A DNA stretch of 35,685 nucleotides, from NCBI GenBank assembly GCA_001784175.1, contig MFPR01000037.1, positions 87,959-123,643 of the forward strand, given 5' to 3'. Below, piece after piece: positions 10,027 to 18,713 of this stretch. A model generated the notes under the pieces. The model was not told the DNA's origin and did no database searches. It saw nothing but the letters and a program-made list of their open reading frames with translations. A program made the translations under genes and the position numbers. Every line of letters begins with the position of its first letter. The stretch's first letter is position 1. This DNA comes from Candidatus Lindowbacteria bacterium RIFCSPLOWO2_12_FULL_62_27 (GTDB taxonomy: Bacteria; Lindowbacteria; 2-12-FULL-62-27).

Positions 10027-10668
10027 TCAGGGTCGCGGCGGCGGCCGGACCGTGAGGAATGCGCCCAGAATGTCGAGGAGGCCCGAGTCGATGCCGGGCA
10101 CGCGCGTGAGGTCGGCCAGTCGCGTGAACGCCCCGCGCCGGCGCCGCATGGCGACGATGGCGCGCGCACGGTCGGCCCCCACGTAGGGGGCGGCGGCGAG
10201 TTCCGTTTCGGAGGCGGCGTTGACGTCGATCCAGAACGTGTCGAATCCGATCTGGGCGGCGGCCGGCATCCCGGTATCGCCGGGCTGGACGCGGCCGGTC
10301 AGTTCGAAGAGCAGGGGCATGGCGGAATCGTGGCTGGAATAGACGGTGACGTATTTGTGGGCCTCGCCGGGGAATCCGGCCGTCCGGAACGCCACGTCGA
10401 CCGTCGCGGTTTCGCCCGGCCGCAACCGGCTGTCCGACACGGAGGCCGATGAACAGCCGCAGGATCCGACGACGCGATAGAAATCGACGGTATCGGCGCC
10501 GGTGTTGTGGATCGGAAATGATACTCTGACCACGTCGCCTTCCTTGGCCGTGCCGAAATCGAGCGCGCGGGTTTCGGTTTCAATCGTGGATTTCGCAGAA
10601 ACCGGCCCTGGAAAGATCGCGGCCCACATGAGCAATATCCAGCCGGCAAGCGAGCGTGAGCGAGTCAT
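10027..10668 (-). CDS. Exported DUF1573 (Ig-like) plus ComEA helix-hairpin-helix fusion protein
   Basis: Signal peptide; DFG......V...F...NTG.......V..SCGC........L.PGE, then IDVNAAS..EL...PYVG..RA.AIV..R...G.F....DL..VPGI; the ORF-track start lies inside tRNA-Leu, so the start is moved to ATG 10668 (alternative 10677). Confidence 0.8.
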   Translation of the reverse strand: MTRSRSLAGWILLMWAAIFPGPVSAKSTIETETRALDFGTAKEGDVVRVSFPIHNTGADTVDFYRVVGSCGCSSASVSDSRLRPGETATVDVAFRTAGFPGEAHKYVTVYSSHDSAMPLLFELTGRVQPGDTGMPAAAQIGFDTFWIDVNAASETELAAAPYVGADRARAIVAMRRRRGAFTRLADLTRVPGIDSGLLDILGAFLTVRPPPRP

Positions 10669-10698
10669 CGCGGACATCCTACCATACGAGAAGCGTCG

Positions 10699-10784
10699 TG
10701 CCGGGGGCGGGAGTTGAACCCGCACGGCCCTTTCGGGCCACAGGATTTTAAGTCCTGAGCGTCTGCCAATTTCGCCACCCCGGC
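10699..10784 (-). tRNA. tRNA-Leu(TAA)
   Basis: GCCGGGG acceptor, D-loop TGGCAGAC, anticodon arm CAGGA-CTTAAAA-TCCTG, long variable arm GGCCC-GAAA-GGGCC, GGTTCAA T-loop; no encoded CCA. Confidence 0.96.
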
Positions 10785-10794
10785 CTGCTTTGAG

Positions 10795-10827
10795 AAAAAA
10801 ACAGTCCCGACGAGTTTGTCGGGACTG
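10795..10827 (-). terminator. Intrinsic terminator after the cold-shock gene
   Basis: Minus strand CAGTCCCGAC-aaactc-GTCGGGACTG followed by T7. Confidence 0.85.
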
Positions 10828-10859
10828 CGGTTGTTCGTTGGTGAAGATCAGCTTGAACC

Positions 10860-11069
10860 TCAGGCCATCACTTTCTGGACATTCAACGCCTGCTTGCCTT
10901 TTTTGCCTTCGCCAATTTCAAACTGGACTTTCTGGCCTTCTTCGAGGTTCTTGAATCCCTCGCCGGCAATGCTGGTGAAGTGGACAAAAATGTCTCCGGC
11001 TCCGCCTTCGAGCTCGATGAATCCATAGCCCTTTTTGGAGTCAAACCATTTGACTTTGCCCTGCGCCAT
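10860..11069 (-). CDS. cspA: Cold-shock protein
   Basis: [18 protein letters not shown] and DIFVHF motifs; strong SD AAGGAGGT upstream of ATG 11069. Confidence 0.95.
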   Translation of the reverse strand: MAQGKVKWFDSKKGYGFIELEGGAGDIFVHFTSIAGEGFKNLEEGQKVQFEIGEGKKGKQALNVQKVMA

Positions 11070-11370
11070 CTGCTCCACCTCCTTCTCAATGTTCAGCCTC
11101 AATCAGGAACGCCTTTCATTTTCCGCTTCTCACTGTTATCGGCTGACGCACTCGCGTGGAGAACACTTACCGGCACAGCTTACGGGACAATCCTGGCTTC
11201 CTCACCCGCGTCGATGTCCATGCATCTGGCGGGCCAAGGCATTATGAACCAACGCTCATATCACATTATAATCTTCCACCTGTCAATCTCAGCGCTCAAA
11301 TTTAATCGCGGCGTCGGCCTGCGGCCCGTCGATGGCGTCCCTCCCTGCCTGTTTGTCCGGAAATGTTGGA

Positions 11371-11444
11371 AGGCGGCGACCGGATTTGAACCGGTGAGTC
11401 GCGGTTTTGCAGACCGCTCCCTTGGGCCTCTTGGGTACGCCGCC
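11371..11444 (-). tRNA. tRNA-Cys(GCA)
   Basis: GGCGGCG/CGCCGCC acceptor, anticodon arm GCGGT-CTGCAAA-ACCGC, GGTTCAAATCC, U discriminator. Confidence 0.95.
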
Positions 11445-11474
11445 GAACACATGGATGTGTCCGAAGTTACATGA

Positions 11475-11909
11475 CTACCACCGAATGTTGATATAATTCT
11501 CCAGTTGCTCAATTACGAATTTCTGGTCCTCGATGATCGCCTTCACCAGGTCCCCGATCGAAACGAACCCGACGGGCTTGCCGCTTTCGAGGACCGGAAG
11601 ATGCCGGATCCGCTTGTCGGTCATGAGCGCCAGCGCCTCCGCAACCTTGATGTCGGGCTGAACGAAGAGAACGCGGTCCGTCATGATGTCCTTGACCGGC
11701 GTGTCCTTCGAGCTGCGGCCCTTCAGAATCACCTTCCGCGCGTAGTCCCGCTCGGACAGAATGCCCACCACCTCATCGCCCTTCATCACGAGGAGCGCGC
11801 CGACATTCTTCTGGGCCATGTAGTGCAGCGCGTCCAACACCGGCGCGTCCGGACCCACGACCCATACCTCCGGTCCCTTTTTGGCCAGAATATCGCGTAT
11901 CGTTTTCAT
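11475..11909 (-). CDS. CBS-domain pair protein
   Basis: NVGALLV, VGILSERDY, VKDIMT, RIRHLPV and VSIGDLVK motifs. Confidence 0.93.
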   Translation of the reverse strand: MKTIRDILAKKGPEVWVVGPDAPVLDALHYMAQKNVGALLVMKGDEVVGILSERDYARKVILKGRSSKDTPVKDIMTDRVLFVQPDIKVAEALALMTDKRIRHLPVLESGKPVGFVSIGDLVKAIIEDQKFVIEQLENYINIRW

Positions 11910-11935
11910 CGGCCCATGCCTTTCCTTGATAAAAA

Positions 11936-12008
11936 AGCCGAGGATCGGAATTGAACCGACGACCTACTCCTTACCATGGAGTTGCTCTACCGACTGAGCT
12001 ACCTCGGC
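11936..12008 (-). tRNA. tRNA-Thr(GGT)
   Basis: GCCGAGG acceptor, TAGCTCAGTCGGTAGAGC, ACTCC-ATGGTAA-GGAGT, GGTTCAATTCC; upstream TTGTTT-N17-TAATAT promoter-like motif. Confidence 0.95.
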
Positions 12009-12064
12009 AGATCGGATGCCAATATTACATCCGTCTGTTTCGATAAACAACAACGCGCCGAAAA

Positions 12065-14161
12065 TCATTCGGCGTTCACAGGCGCGCTCCTATTGCGCGT
12101 CTGTTTGGATCGGATTTTTTCGGCGCGGGACCTGTAATATTCGGCCGAGAGGTTGCCGGTTTTTCGGTAGAGTTTGGCGAGGTTTTCCAAAATGGCGAGC
12201 AAATCGGGATGCTCCGGTCCAAGGAGGGTTTCTTTAATCTCCAGCGCCCGGCGAATCAAGGGTTCGGCGTCGGCATACCGGCGCTGGCTGTAATAGACGG
12301 CGGACAGATTCACCAGCGTCGTCGCCAATTCACCGTCGGTTTTCCCCCGCGCCCCTTCCTGGATGGCCGCCAGGCGTTTGAACACCACCTCGGCATCCGG
12401 ATGGCGGCGCAGATTCAGGTACAAATCTCCCAAATTGGCCAGGACATTTTCCATCAGCGGATGATTCGAACCCAGTGATTTCTCTCTGATCGCCAATGCC
12501 TGCTTGTAAACGTCTTCGGCCTCTGCGGAGCGTCCCTGATGGGCGTACATCCATCCCAGATTACTGAGCGCCGAAGCGATCTCGACATACTCGGGGCCGT
12601 GGGCCTTCTCCCACATTCTCGCCGCCCGCTTGAACATGACTTCGGCTTGCACGTACTGTGTGCGATCCCGATGGATCACGCCGAGGTTGTTCAACCTGCG
12701 CGCGGTGTCCCGCTCGTGCCCCGGCGGCCAATGGGCCGACATCTCGACCAATCTTCCGTAGACGGCTTCCGCTTCCTTGTTTCTGCCCGGTTTGCTGTAG
12801 ATGACCTCCAAATTTTGCAGGATCATTAATATATCCGGATCATTCGGATCGGGCCTGCGGTCTTTCTCCTTGACCTCCAACGCGCGCCTGTACAGGATTT
12901 CCGCGTCGTCCTGCCGTCCCTGTTTCATATGGAGACTTGCCAGGTTCAAGAGACACGCGACCCGCCGGTCCGGCCGGCCCGGGAAGCGTTCCTGGATGGC
13001 CAGCGCCCGCTGGGAGAAGGACAACGCCCGGTCGAAACGATTCTGGTTCATGTAAAAGCCGGAGATGTCGAGAAGGAGCGGCGTGAGGGCCGGGCTGTCC
13101 GGACCGGACAGGCCCTCTGACATTTGCAAAGCTTCCGCGTAAAGCAACTCGGCGCGGCCCGGGTCCCGGGTGGTGTACAGTCCCGCCAGCGCGACCATGC
13201 TCTCCATCACCAAGGGGTGGGCGGGTCCGAGCGACTTCTTTCTGAGTTCCAGCGCCCGCGACAGATGTTGATGCGCGTCTGAATAGCGTTCCATTGAAAC
13301 ATCCGTTCGTCCAAGTCGATCGAGGGCGTCCGCGTCGTCCGTCGCGGCCGACGCGCGGGTGACTGTGTCCCCCGGCCTCTTTTTCCGTGTTTGCGGCGCG
13401 GGGACAGACTTGTCCGTGACAATCCACGTGTCCGACGTGAACTGCAAATCATACGACACGCTCGAATGGGCTTTGAGGACCAGTTGCAATCCCCTGTTTG
13501 CATGGTTGGGCGGATAAACGCCGTCCTCCAGGCGGAATATTCTTTCGTACGGGACACCGGTGTCAAAGATCGCGGCGATTTCATGTTCCCCCGTCCGCCT
13601 GTGGCGGATCGTGACCCGCCGGAGGGTCGCGACCGGATTCGATGGGATCCAGTACGAGTTCAGTTTTTGAAGCCACCCTGTATCATTCCTGTAAAAGAGA
13701 ACCTCGTTTGTGCCGTCGCCGTGCCGCAGAAATCGAATCACATAGCCCGTCCGGTCGCCCGTCCGCTTGTTGGCTCTGGGACCGTAGGGGAATGGGGTCA
13801 GCAAAAAGCCGCGGCCCGGGCCCGCCGCATAGCAGACAAATGCGCTGTTCGACACGTCCGCTCCGCCGCCCATGAAGTTCATCTCGATATCCCGCTCGTC
13901 CGGAATGGCGGATGTGGCCGGCAGGGCGCACTCGAGGCCCACGGGTTCGCTGTTGGGGGCGGTCGTGTAATGGAACACGATCCGGCCATTTTCGATTCGA
14001 TGGTTCGAGAAGTCGGACCGATAGAGGTCCTTGTTCAGCGGATGATCCGTGTCGAAATCTTCCCGGAAAATGACGCCCGCTCCCGCCCGGCTCGCGAAGA
14101 AAAGAATGCCGCATACAAGAACCAGGCAAGGGATGTGACGAAAGAGACCCAGTTGATGCAC
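12065..14161 (-). CDS. Exported protein with a beta-rich N-terminal domain and kinesin-light-chain-type TPR array
   Basis: Signal peptide ending AGA, then VIFREDFD; about 9-10 repeats of ~42 aa such as LNNLG..Y..QG.Y.EAE..Y.RAL.I.EK.LG..HP. Confidence 0.85.
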   Translation of the reverse strand: MHQLGLFRHIPCLVLVCGILFFASRAGAGVIFREDFDTDHPLNKDLYRSDFSNHRIENGRIVFHYTTAPNSEPVGLECALPATSAIPDERDIEMNFMGGGADVSNSAFVCYAAGPGRGFLLTPFPYGPRANKRTGDRTGYVIRFLRHGDGTNEVLFYRNDTGWLQKLNSYWIPSNPVATLRRVTIRHRRTGEHEIAAIFDTGVPYERIFRLEDGVYPPNHANRGLQLVLKAHSSVSYDLQFTSDTWIVTDKSVPAPQTRKKRPGDTVTRASAATDDADALDRLGRTDVSMERYSDAHQHLSRALELRKKSLGPAHPLVMESMVALAGLYTTRDPGRAELLYAEALQMSEGLSGPDSPALTPLLLDISGFYMNQNRFDRALSFSQRALAIQERFPGRPDRRVACLLNLASLHMKQGRQDDAEILYRRALEVKEKDRRPDPNDPDILMILQNLEVIYSKPGRNKEAEAVYGRLVEMSAHWPPGHERDTARRLNNLGVIHRDRTQYVQAEVMFKRAARMWEKAHGPEYVEIASALSNLGWMYAHQGRSAEAEDVYKQALAIREKSLGSNHPLMENVLANLGDLYLNLRRHPDAEVVFKRLAAIQEGARGKTDGELATTLVNLSAVYYSQRRYADAEPLIRRALEIKETLLGPEHPDLLAILENLAKLYRKTGNLSAEYYRSRAEKIRSKQTRNRSAPVNAE

Positions 14162-14233
14162 GCGCGCATCCTAGCATGAACCGCGGAACGCCAATAGAAG
14201 CTGCGAACGGAATGTGGTACGAAGGGGGCGCAG

Positions 14234-15148
14234 ATGAAGAAGCGCATTGTTTGCGCCGCATGTATATGGATTTTAGCGTGGTCCGTCGTGGTCGAGTCAG
14301 GACGGGTCCGGGCTGACGACGAAGGCCAGCTCCGGCGGGTCGAGGACAAGGCCAACCGCCCGAAGGAGACGTCGCCGGAAGAGGCGGCGCGGCAGGCCGC
14401 GGCCGAACGCAAGGAACTGGAACGGCAGCGGCGCCGGGAAGAGGAGCGGGAACGGTGGCGGCGCGCGCATCCGGGCGAGCGGACGCCGGAGGGGGTGGGG
14501 GGCGACGGGTCCGACTGGATCTGGAGCGACCTCGCCATGATCGGGCTGATCGCGCCTTTTGCCGGGCCTTATTATCTGCTGGACGACCGTTACGATGAGC
14601 CGGTAGGGTTCGAAGCCTATCCGTTCGCCGATGACGCGGAAGGGTGTACCCGCCGGGACGGCCGCGACTGGCTGATGCAGACCCATCTTTCGATCCAGAG
14701 CGTTTCCGGAAACATTCTGGCGACGCGCGCCGACGGGTCTCTGAATTTCTGGCAGCGGCTGGCCCTCGAGGGCGCGTACAGCCGGTATGAGGAGCGGCTG
14801 AAAAATCACACGGAGATTCTGCGCCTCCGCGAGGCGCTCGTGACGTTCATGTTCGCGCAAAACGAGTTTCTGGATTTTCGTGCCGGCGTCGGATCCCAAG
14901 CCATCGATGGCCGGAATTTGAACACGGGCGTCAAGTGGGTTTACCGGATCCGGTGGTTTCACCGGCCGTTTCAATTCAATCTTGACCTTGGCGTCACGAC
15001 GAATCTGGGGGCGTCGACGCTGTCCGAAATCTCACCGGGCGTGGGCTGGCACGTAGGCCGCTTCGAGTCGCGCCTGAGTTACCGGCGCCTCAAAATCTCC
15101 GGCGACCGGCTCGCCGGGCCTGAACTGTCGGTCCGGGTCTGGTTTTAG
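14234..15148 (+). CDS. Hypothetical exported protein, possible outer-membrane beta-barrel
   Basis: Signal peptide, R/E-rich coil, then alternating amphipathic strands ending in ELSVRVWF with terminal Phe. Confidence 0.6.
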   Translation: MKKRIVCAACIWILAWSVVVESGRVRADDEGQLRRVEDKANRPKETSPEEAARQAAAERKELERQRRREEERERWRRAHPGERTPEGVGGDGSDWIWSDLAMIGLIAPFAGPYYLLDDRYDEPVGFEAYPFADDAEGCTRRDGRDWLMQTHLSIQSVSGNILATRADGSLNFWQRLALEGAYSRYEERLKNHTEILRLREALVTFMFAQNEFLDFRAGVGSQAIDGRNLNTGVKWVYRIRWFHRPFQFNLDLGVTTNLGASTLSEISPGVGWHVGRFESRLSYRRLKISGDRLAGPELSVRVWF

Positions 15149-15155
15149 CGCAAGC

Positions 15156-18100
15156 CTACTCCAGATTCGACACGTGTCGCGTGTGCCAGACGCGATCGTC
15201 GTGTTTCCGCCGGGCGCCGTCGGGTGGCCGGGGAGGCGGATAGGCCGTCATGTTGTGATACGGCATGGGATCGACGGAATCCGGGAAGGCTGTATATAGG
15301 TCCATATCCTTGCAGTATCCGTCGGAATGCAGGACGAACGTGCGTGTCCAACCCGGCGGAATCGCCGGAAGGCCCGCCGCGTCAAAGGACAGAACGATTT
15401 CCTCGCCGCGCCCCATGATCACAAACCGGTCGTCCACGTCTTTCAGCAGGTCGCGCACGTCGCCGAACCGGGTGAATCGTCCTTCCATGTTTTTGAACGG
15501 CACGCCCTGATCGATTCTGTCATAATCGTACAACGTAGGGTCGTCGCCGTCGGGAGAATACTCGCGCGGATAGCCCAGATATCTGAGATCGGCGGAAACG
15601 GGCCGGAGAACGCGCCGCCGAATGGCTGCGGCGGGGGTTTCCGTCCCGACGAATATCTGGTCCCAGTAAATCTCCATGTTCGTGTGGATGCGCATCCGCG
15701 CGTCTGCGCGGAACGGAAGGGCTGTGATGTCGAACGTCATCATTCGCGGCAGGCCCGCGGGGAACCCCATATCGGCCACGGCCGTTTTCCAGCCGCCTTT
15801 CCCGTCCGGTATTTCGATCCTCGGCGGTGACATCGCAAGGCCCGCCTGATGGGCGGCGTAGTTGACATGCGAGTAGGTGTACTCGACCCATCCATGGAGA
15901 CAGAGCACCAGCGTGTCTGCTGGAGACAGGCGCCGCAGTTCATCGCCGAAATTCACTTCGATCCAGTGGTCGTGGGCGTATCCGACGAACCGGCTGTCTT
16001 TTGGAGGCTCGGCATAGCGGCGGTCAACGGAACGAATCCTGTCAAGGACATCCCCGCCGCCTGACGCTCGCGCAGAGACGGGAAAGATTCGCCGGGACAA
16101 CAGAATCGGCCGGCCGGTCGGCGCGGGTTCCACGCCGCCGAACCGTTCATCCGGGAAAATCTCAATGTTTTCCGGATGGTCGTAGGCGATCAAATAGAGC
16201 TGATCCATCCAAGTGACTTCTTCGAGAGGTTCTGCGACTCGCAGAAGATACCGGCCGTCCCGCGGGGCGATCATATCTCGCGGAATGAGCACCCGCTCCG
16301 TGGGATCAGGTGGGCCGTAGACGCCGGGAGACAGGAAGAATCCGACGCCGCCCACGCCGAGGAAATCGGTGACGAACGAAAATCGAGCGCCATCCCACGC
16401 GAAGAGAATCGGGCAGGACGAAGGTTTTCGATGGATCTTGACGATGCCCCACCGCTGGTTCGCCGGCACCTCCAGCTCGCTTTGAATGACCCCGTCCGGC
16501 CACGCGAGCCGCACGTAATCGGCCTTGACGCGCGCCCCCAGCCCGAAATGAACCTGAGGCGGCGGCGATCCGAGATAGCCGGCCGACTGCGTCACCTGGG
16601 CCGCTTGAATCGACCTGCCGGTTTTGATCTCGACTCCGAGCCCGGCCACGCCTGCATCCGGACAGCGCACATCGTCTTCCGAGGATTTCAACGGCACCAC
16701 CGTCAGCCAGTGCCCGTCCGGTTTGGTTTGCGCACGCCATATCTCAGGGCGCATGCCGGCGCGGGCCGTGACGATTTCGAGTACGCCGTCGCCGTTCAGA
16801 TCCAATGCGAGCGCTCCGCGCGCCGTGGGCGTCGCGCGGGTTGATCCCAATCGCGCCGGCGGCGCGAATTGGCCCATCCCCGCATTCATGAGAATGCGGT
16901 GGGCGTAACTTCTCTTCGAGCCGGCGTCGAGCAATACGATGTCCGCATCGCCATCGAGATCAAGATCAGCGGCCATGGCGCCTGCCGATCCGCCGAGTTC
17001 CGCCGCCCGTTCAGCAAACACCCTGTCTTCGACGAACCGTCCACGGTCCACATTCAAGAACAATCGCGGAGGCGCCGGGCCTCGGATCAAAAGGATGTCC
17101 AGCCGCCCGTTTTGATCGACGTCGGCTGTGACCGCGCCCATGGACGGCGCGGCGTCGGACAAATCAGGGAAACGGTCTGTCGCATCGGTGTACTGGCCGA
17201 CGCGATCGTTCAGATAAATGCGGTTGGGGGAGCCGGAATTGAGGAGGCAAATATCCAGGTCCCGATCGTCGTCCATATCGAAAAACAAAACGCCCACCGT
17301 CACCGCCTGCCCGCCCTCGAGGCGCGCCTCGGGGGCAACGTCCGTGAATGTGCCGTCGCCGTTGTTTCTCCAGAGCGTGTTGGGAGCGCCGGCAGACAAT
17401 CCGGCCGCGGAACGCGCCGCGGCGTTCGCCACGTACAAATCAAGATCCCCGTCATGGTCGGCGTCGGCCCATGCGGCGCCGACACTGAGGGTCTGTCCGC
17501 CTGCCGTCCGGGTTTGCGCGGTCACGTCCGTGAATCGGCCGGCGTCGGAGACGCCGGCACTTGGGGCGTCGGAGACGCTGACCCGGCCGGCGTCGTTTCG
17601 GTACAACCGGTTGGGGCCATCACAGGTCAGATAGAGGTCGGGATCTCCGTCGCCGTCATAATCTCCGAAAAATGCGCCCACGGCGTTCCTGCCGTCGATT
17701 CCGCTGTTCGGAACAATGGAGAAACGCCCATTTTGAAGACGGTACAACGCGCCTACATGATCGGGGCCCGCGCCGGGAATGTACACCGACAACTCTCCGC
17801 GCCCCTCCAGATCGGATGCTGCGAGACCTGGCCCGAAGGCGGGTGCGTCCATTCGGCTGGATTCCGCAGGCATGCCGGGGACGGCGCCGTTATCAGCATT
17901 CAGTTGCGCATCGGCGGAGATGTCGGCGTAGTCGGGCGGCTCATCCCGTCCCTGCGATGGTTCCGGCGAAAAAGCGCGAAGTATGTCGGCGTACCGGCCC
18001 ATTTCTCCATATTTCATTCCCGCAGCGACGCCGGCCCCGGCCGTCTTGAGCGCCCGAAATCTCTGCATAAGCTCACGGGCCCTCTCGATTTCTCCGGCTT

Positions 18101-18713
18101 CACGGAGAAGGGTGACGAGGCGGTAGCAGGCGGATTCGTGGTGCGGCGCCTGGTCGAGAGTTTGCTCAAAGTGCCTCCGCGCCGCCGCCGGATCGCGGTC
18201 GGTCATGAGGACGCCCATCTGATAGTGCGCGTCCGCGTCGCCGGAATCCACCGCCAGCACTGCTTCAAACTCCCGCGCGGCCTCGCGCGCCCGGTTCAGA
18301 TGCTTGAAGAGCATGCCGAGAGCGAACCGGGCGTGGGCGTCGGAGGGGTCGATGCCGATGAGCCGGGACAATTCCTGTTCGGCCCTGGCGTAACCGGATT
18401 CTGTCTGGGTGTTGAGAAGCGCGACGCCAAGATTCAATCGCCCGGCACTCCAGTCAGGGGCGATTCGTACGACCTCCTCAAAGGCCTTCACCGCCTCCTG
18501 CGGGCGGTACTGGTCCATCAGCGCGACGCCGCGATTAAAGGGCGAGAAGATGCTGTCGATTTGGGCGGGCGGAATGCCCACAGTGGATGGATCGAGTCTC
18601 CCGGCCGGTTCAGGAGGATGCTCATGTTCGTACGAGGACGGCTCTCCACAGCCCGCCATGGCGATCCCAAAGATCAAGACGATCATCGCCGAAGTTTCAT
18701 TCGACCTGCTCAA
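15156..18713 (-). CDS. Lipoprotein with TPR repeats, FG-GAP/CRTAC1 propeller, ASPIC/UnbV domain and an uncharacterised ~420-aa C-terminal domain
   Basis: IAMAGC lipobox; TPRs; GDYDGDGDPDLY, ADADHDGDLDLY, DLNGDG repeats; GY......VHFGLG....ADYVRLAWPDG; start TTG 18713 (GGAGG SD, TTGA overlap) or ATG 18686. Confidence 0.85.
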   Translation of the reverse strand: MSRSNETSAMIVLIFGIAMAGCGEPSSYEHEHPPEPAGRLDPSTVGIPPAQIDSIFSPFNRGVALMDQYRPQEAVKAFEEVVRIAPDWSAGRLNLGVALLNTQTESGYARAEQELSRLIGIDPSDAHARFALGMLFKHLNRAREAAREFEAVLAVDSGDADAHYQMGVLMTDRDPAAARRHFEQTLDQAPHHESACYRLVTLLREAGEIERARELMQRFRALKTAGAGVAAGMKYGEMGRYADILRAFSPEPSQGRDEPPDYADISADAQLNADNGAVPGMPAESSRMDAPAFGPGLAASDLEGRGELSVYIPGAGPDHVGALYRLQNGRFSIVPNSGIDGRNAVGAFFGDYDGDGDPDLYLTCDGPNRLYRNDAGRVSVSDAPSAGVSDAGRFTDVTAQTRTAGGQTLSVGAAWADADHDGDLDLYVANAAARSAAGLSAGAPNTLWRNNGDGTFTDVAPEARLEGGQAVTVGVLFFDMDDDRDLDICLLNSGSPNRIYLNDRVGQYTDATDRFPDLSDAAPSMGAVTADVDQNGRLDILLIRGPAPPRLFLNVDRGRFVEDRVFAERAAELGGSAGAMAADLDLDGDADIVLLDAGSKRSYAHRILMNAGMGQFAPPARLGSTRATPTARGALALDLNGDGVLEIVTARAGMRPEIWRAQTKPDGHWLTVVPLKSSEDDVRCPDAGVAGLGVEIKTGRSIQAAQVTQSAGYLGSPPPQVHFGLGARVKADYVRLAWPDGVIQSELEVPANQRWGIVKIHRKPSSCPILFAWDGARFSFVTDFLGVGGVGFFLSPGVYGPPDPTERVLIPRDMIAPRDGRYLLRVAEPLEEVTWMDQLYLIAYDHPENIEIFPDERFGGVEPAPTGRPILLSRRIFPVSARASGGGDVLDRIRSVDRRYAEPPKDSRFVGYAHDHWIEVNFGDELRRLSPADTLVLCLHGWVEYTYSHVNYAAHQAGLAMSPPRIEIPDGKGGWKTAVADMGFPAGLPRMMTFDITALPFRADARMRIHTNMEIYWDQIFVGTETPAAAIRRRVLRPVSADLRYLGYPREYSPDGDDPTLYDYDRIDQGVPFKNMEGRFTRFGDVRDLLKDVDDRFVIMGRGEEIVLSFDAAGLPAIPPGWTRTFVLHSDGYCKDMDLYTAFPDSVDPMPYHNMTAYPPPRPPDGARRKHDDRVWHTRHVSNLE
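17536..17595. repeat. In-frame degenerate tandem repeat with 24-bp period
   Basis: GGCGTCGGAGACGC at 17541 and 17565; CGGCCGGCGTCG at 17536 and 17584. Confidence 0.7.

Noticed and set aside
11367-11371. Encoded CCA on tRNA-Cys
   Set aside because: An extra T separates the discriminator from CCA
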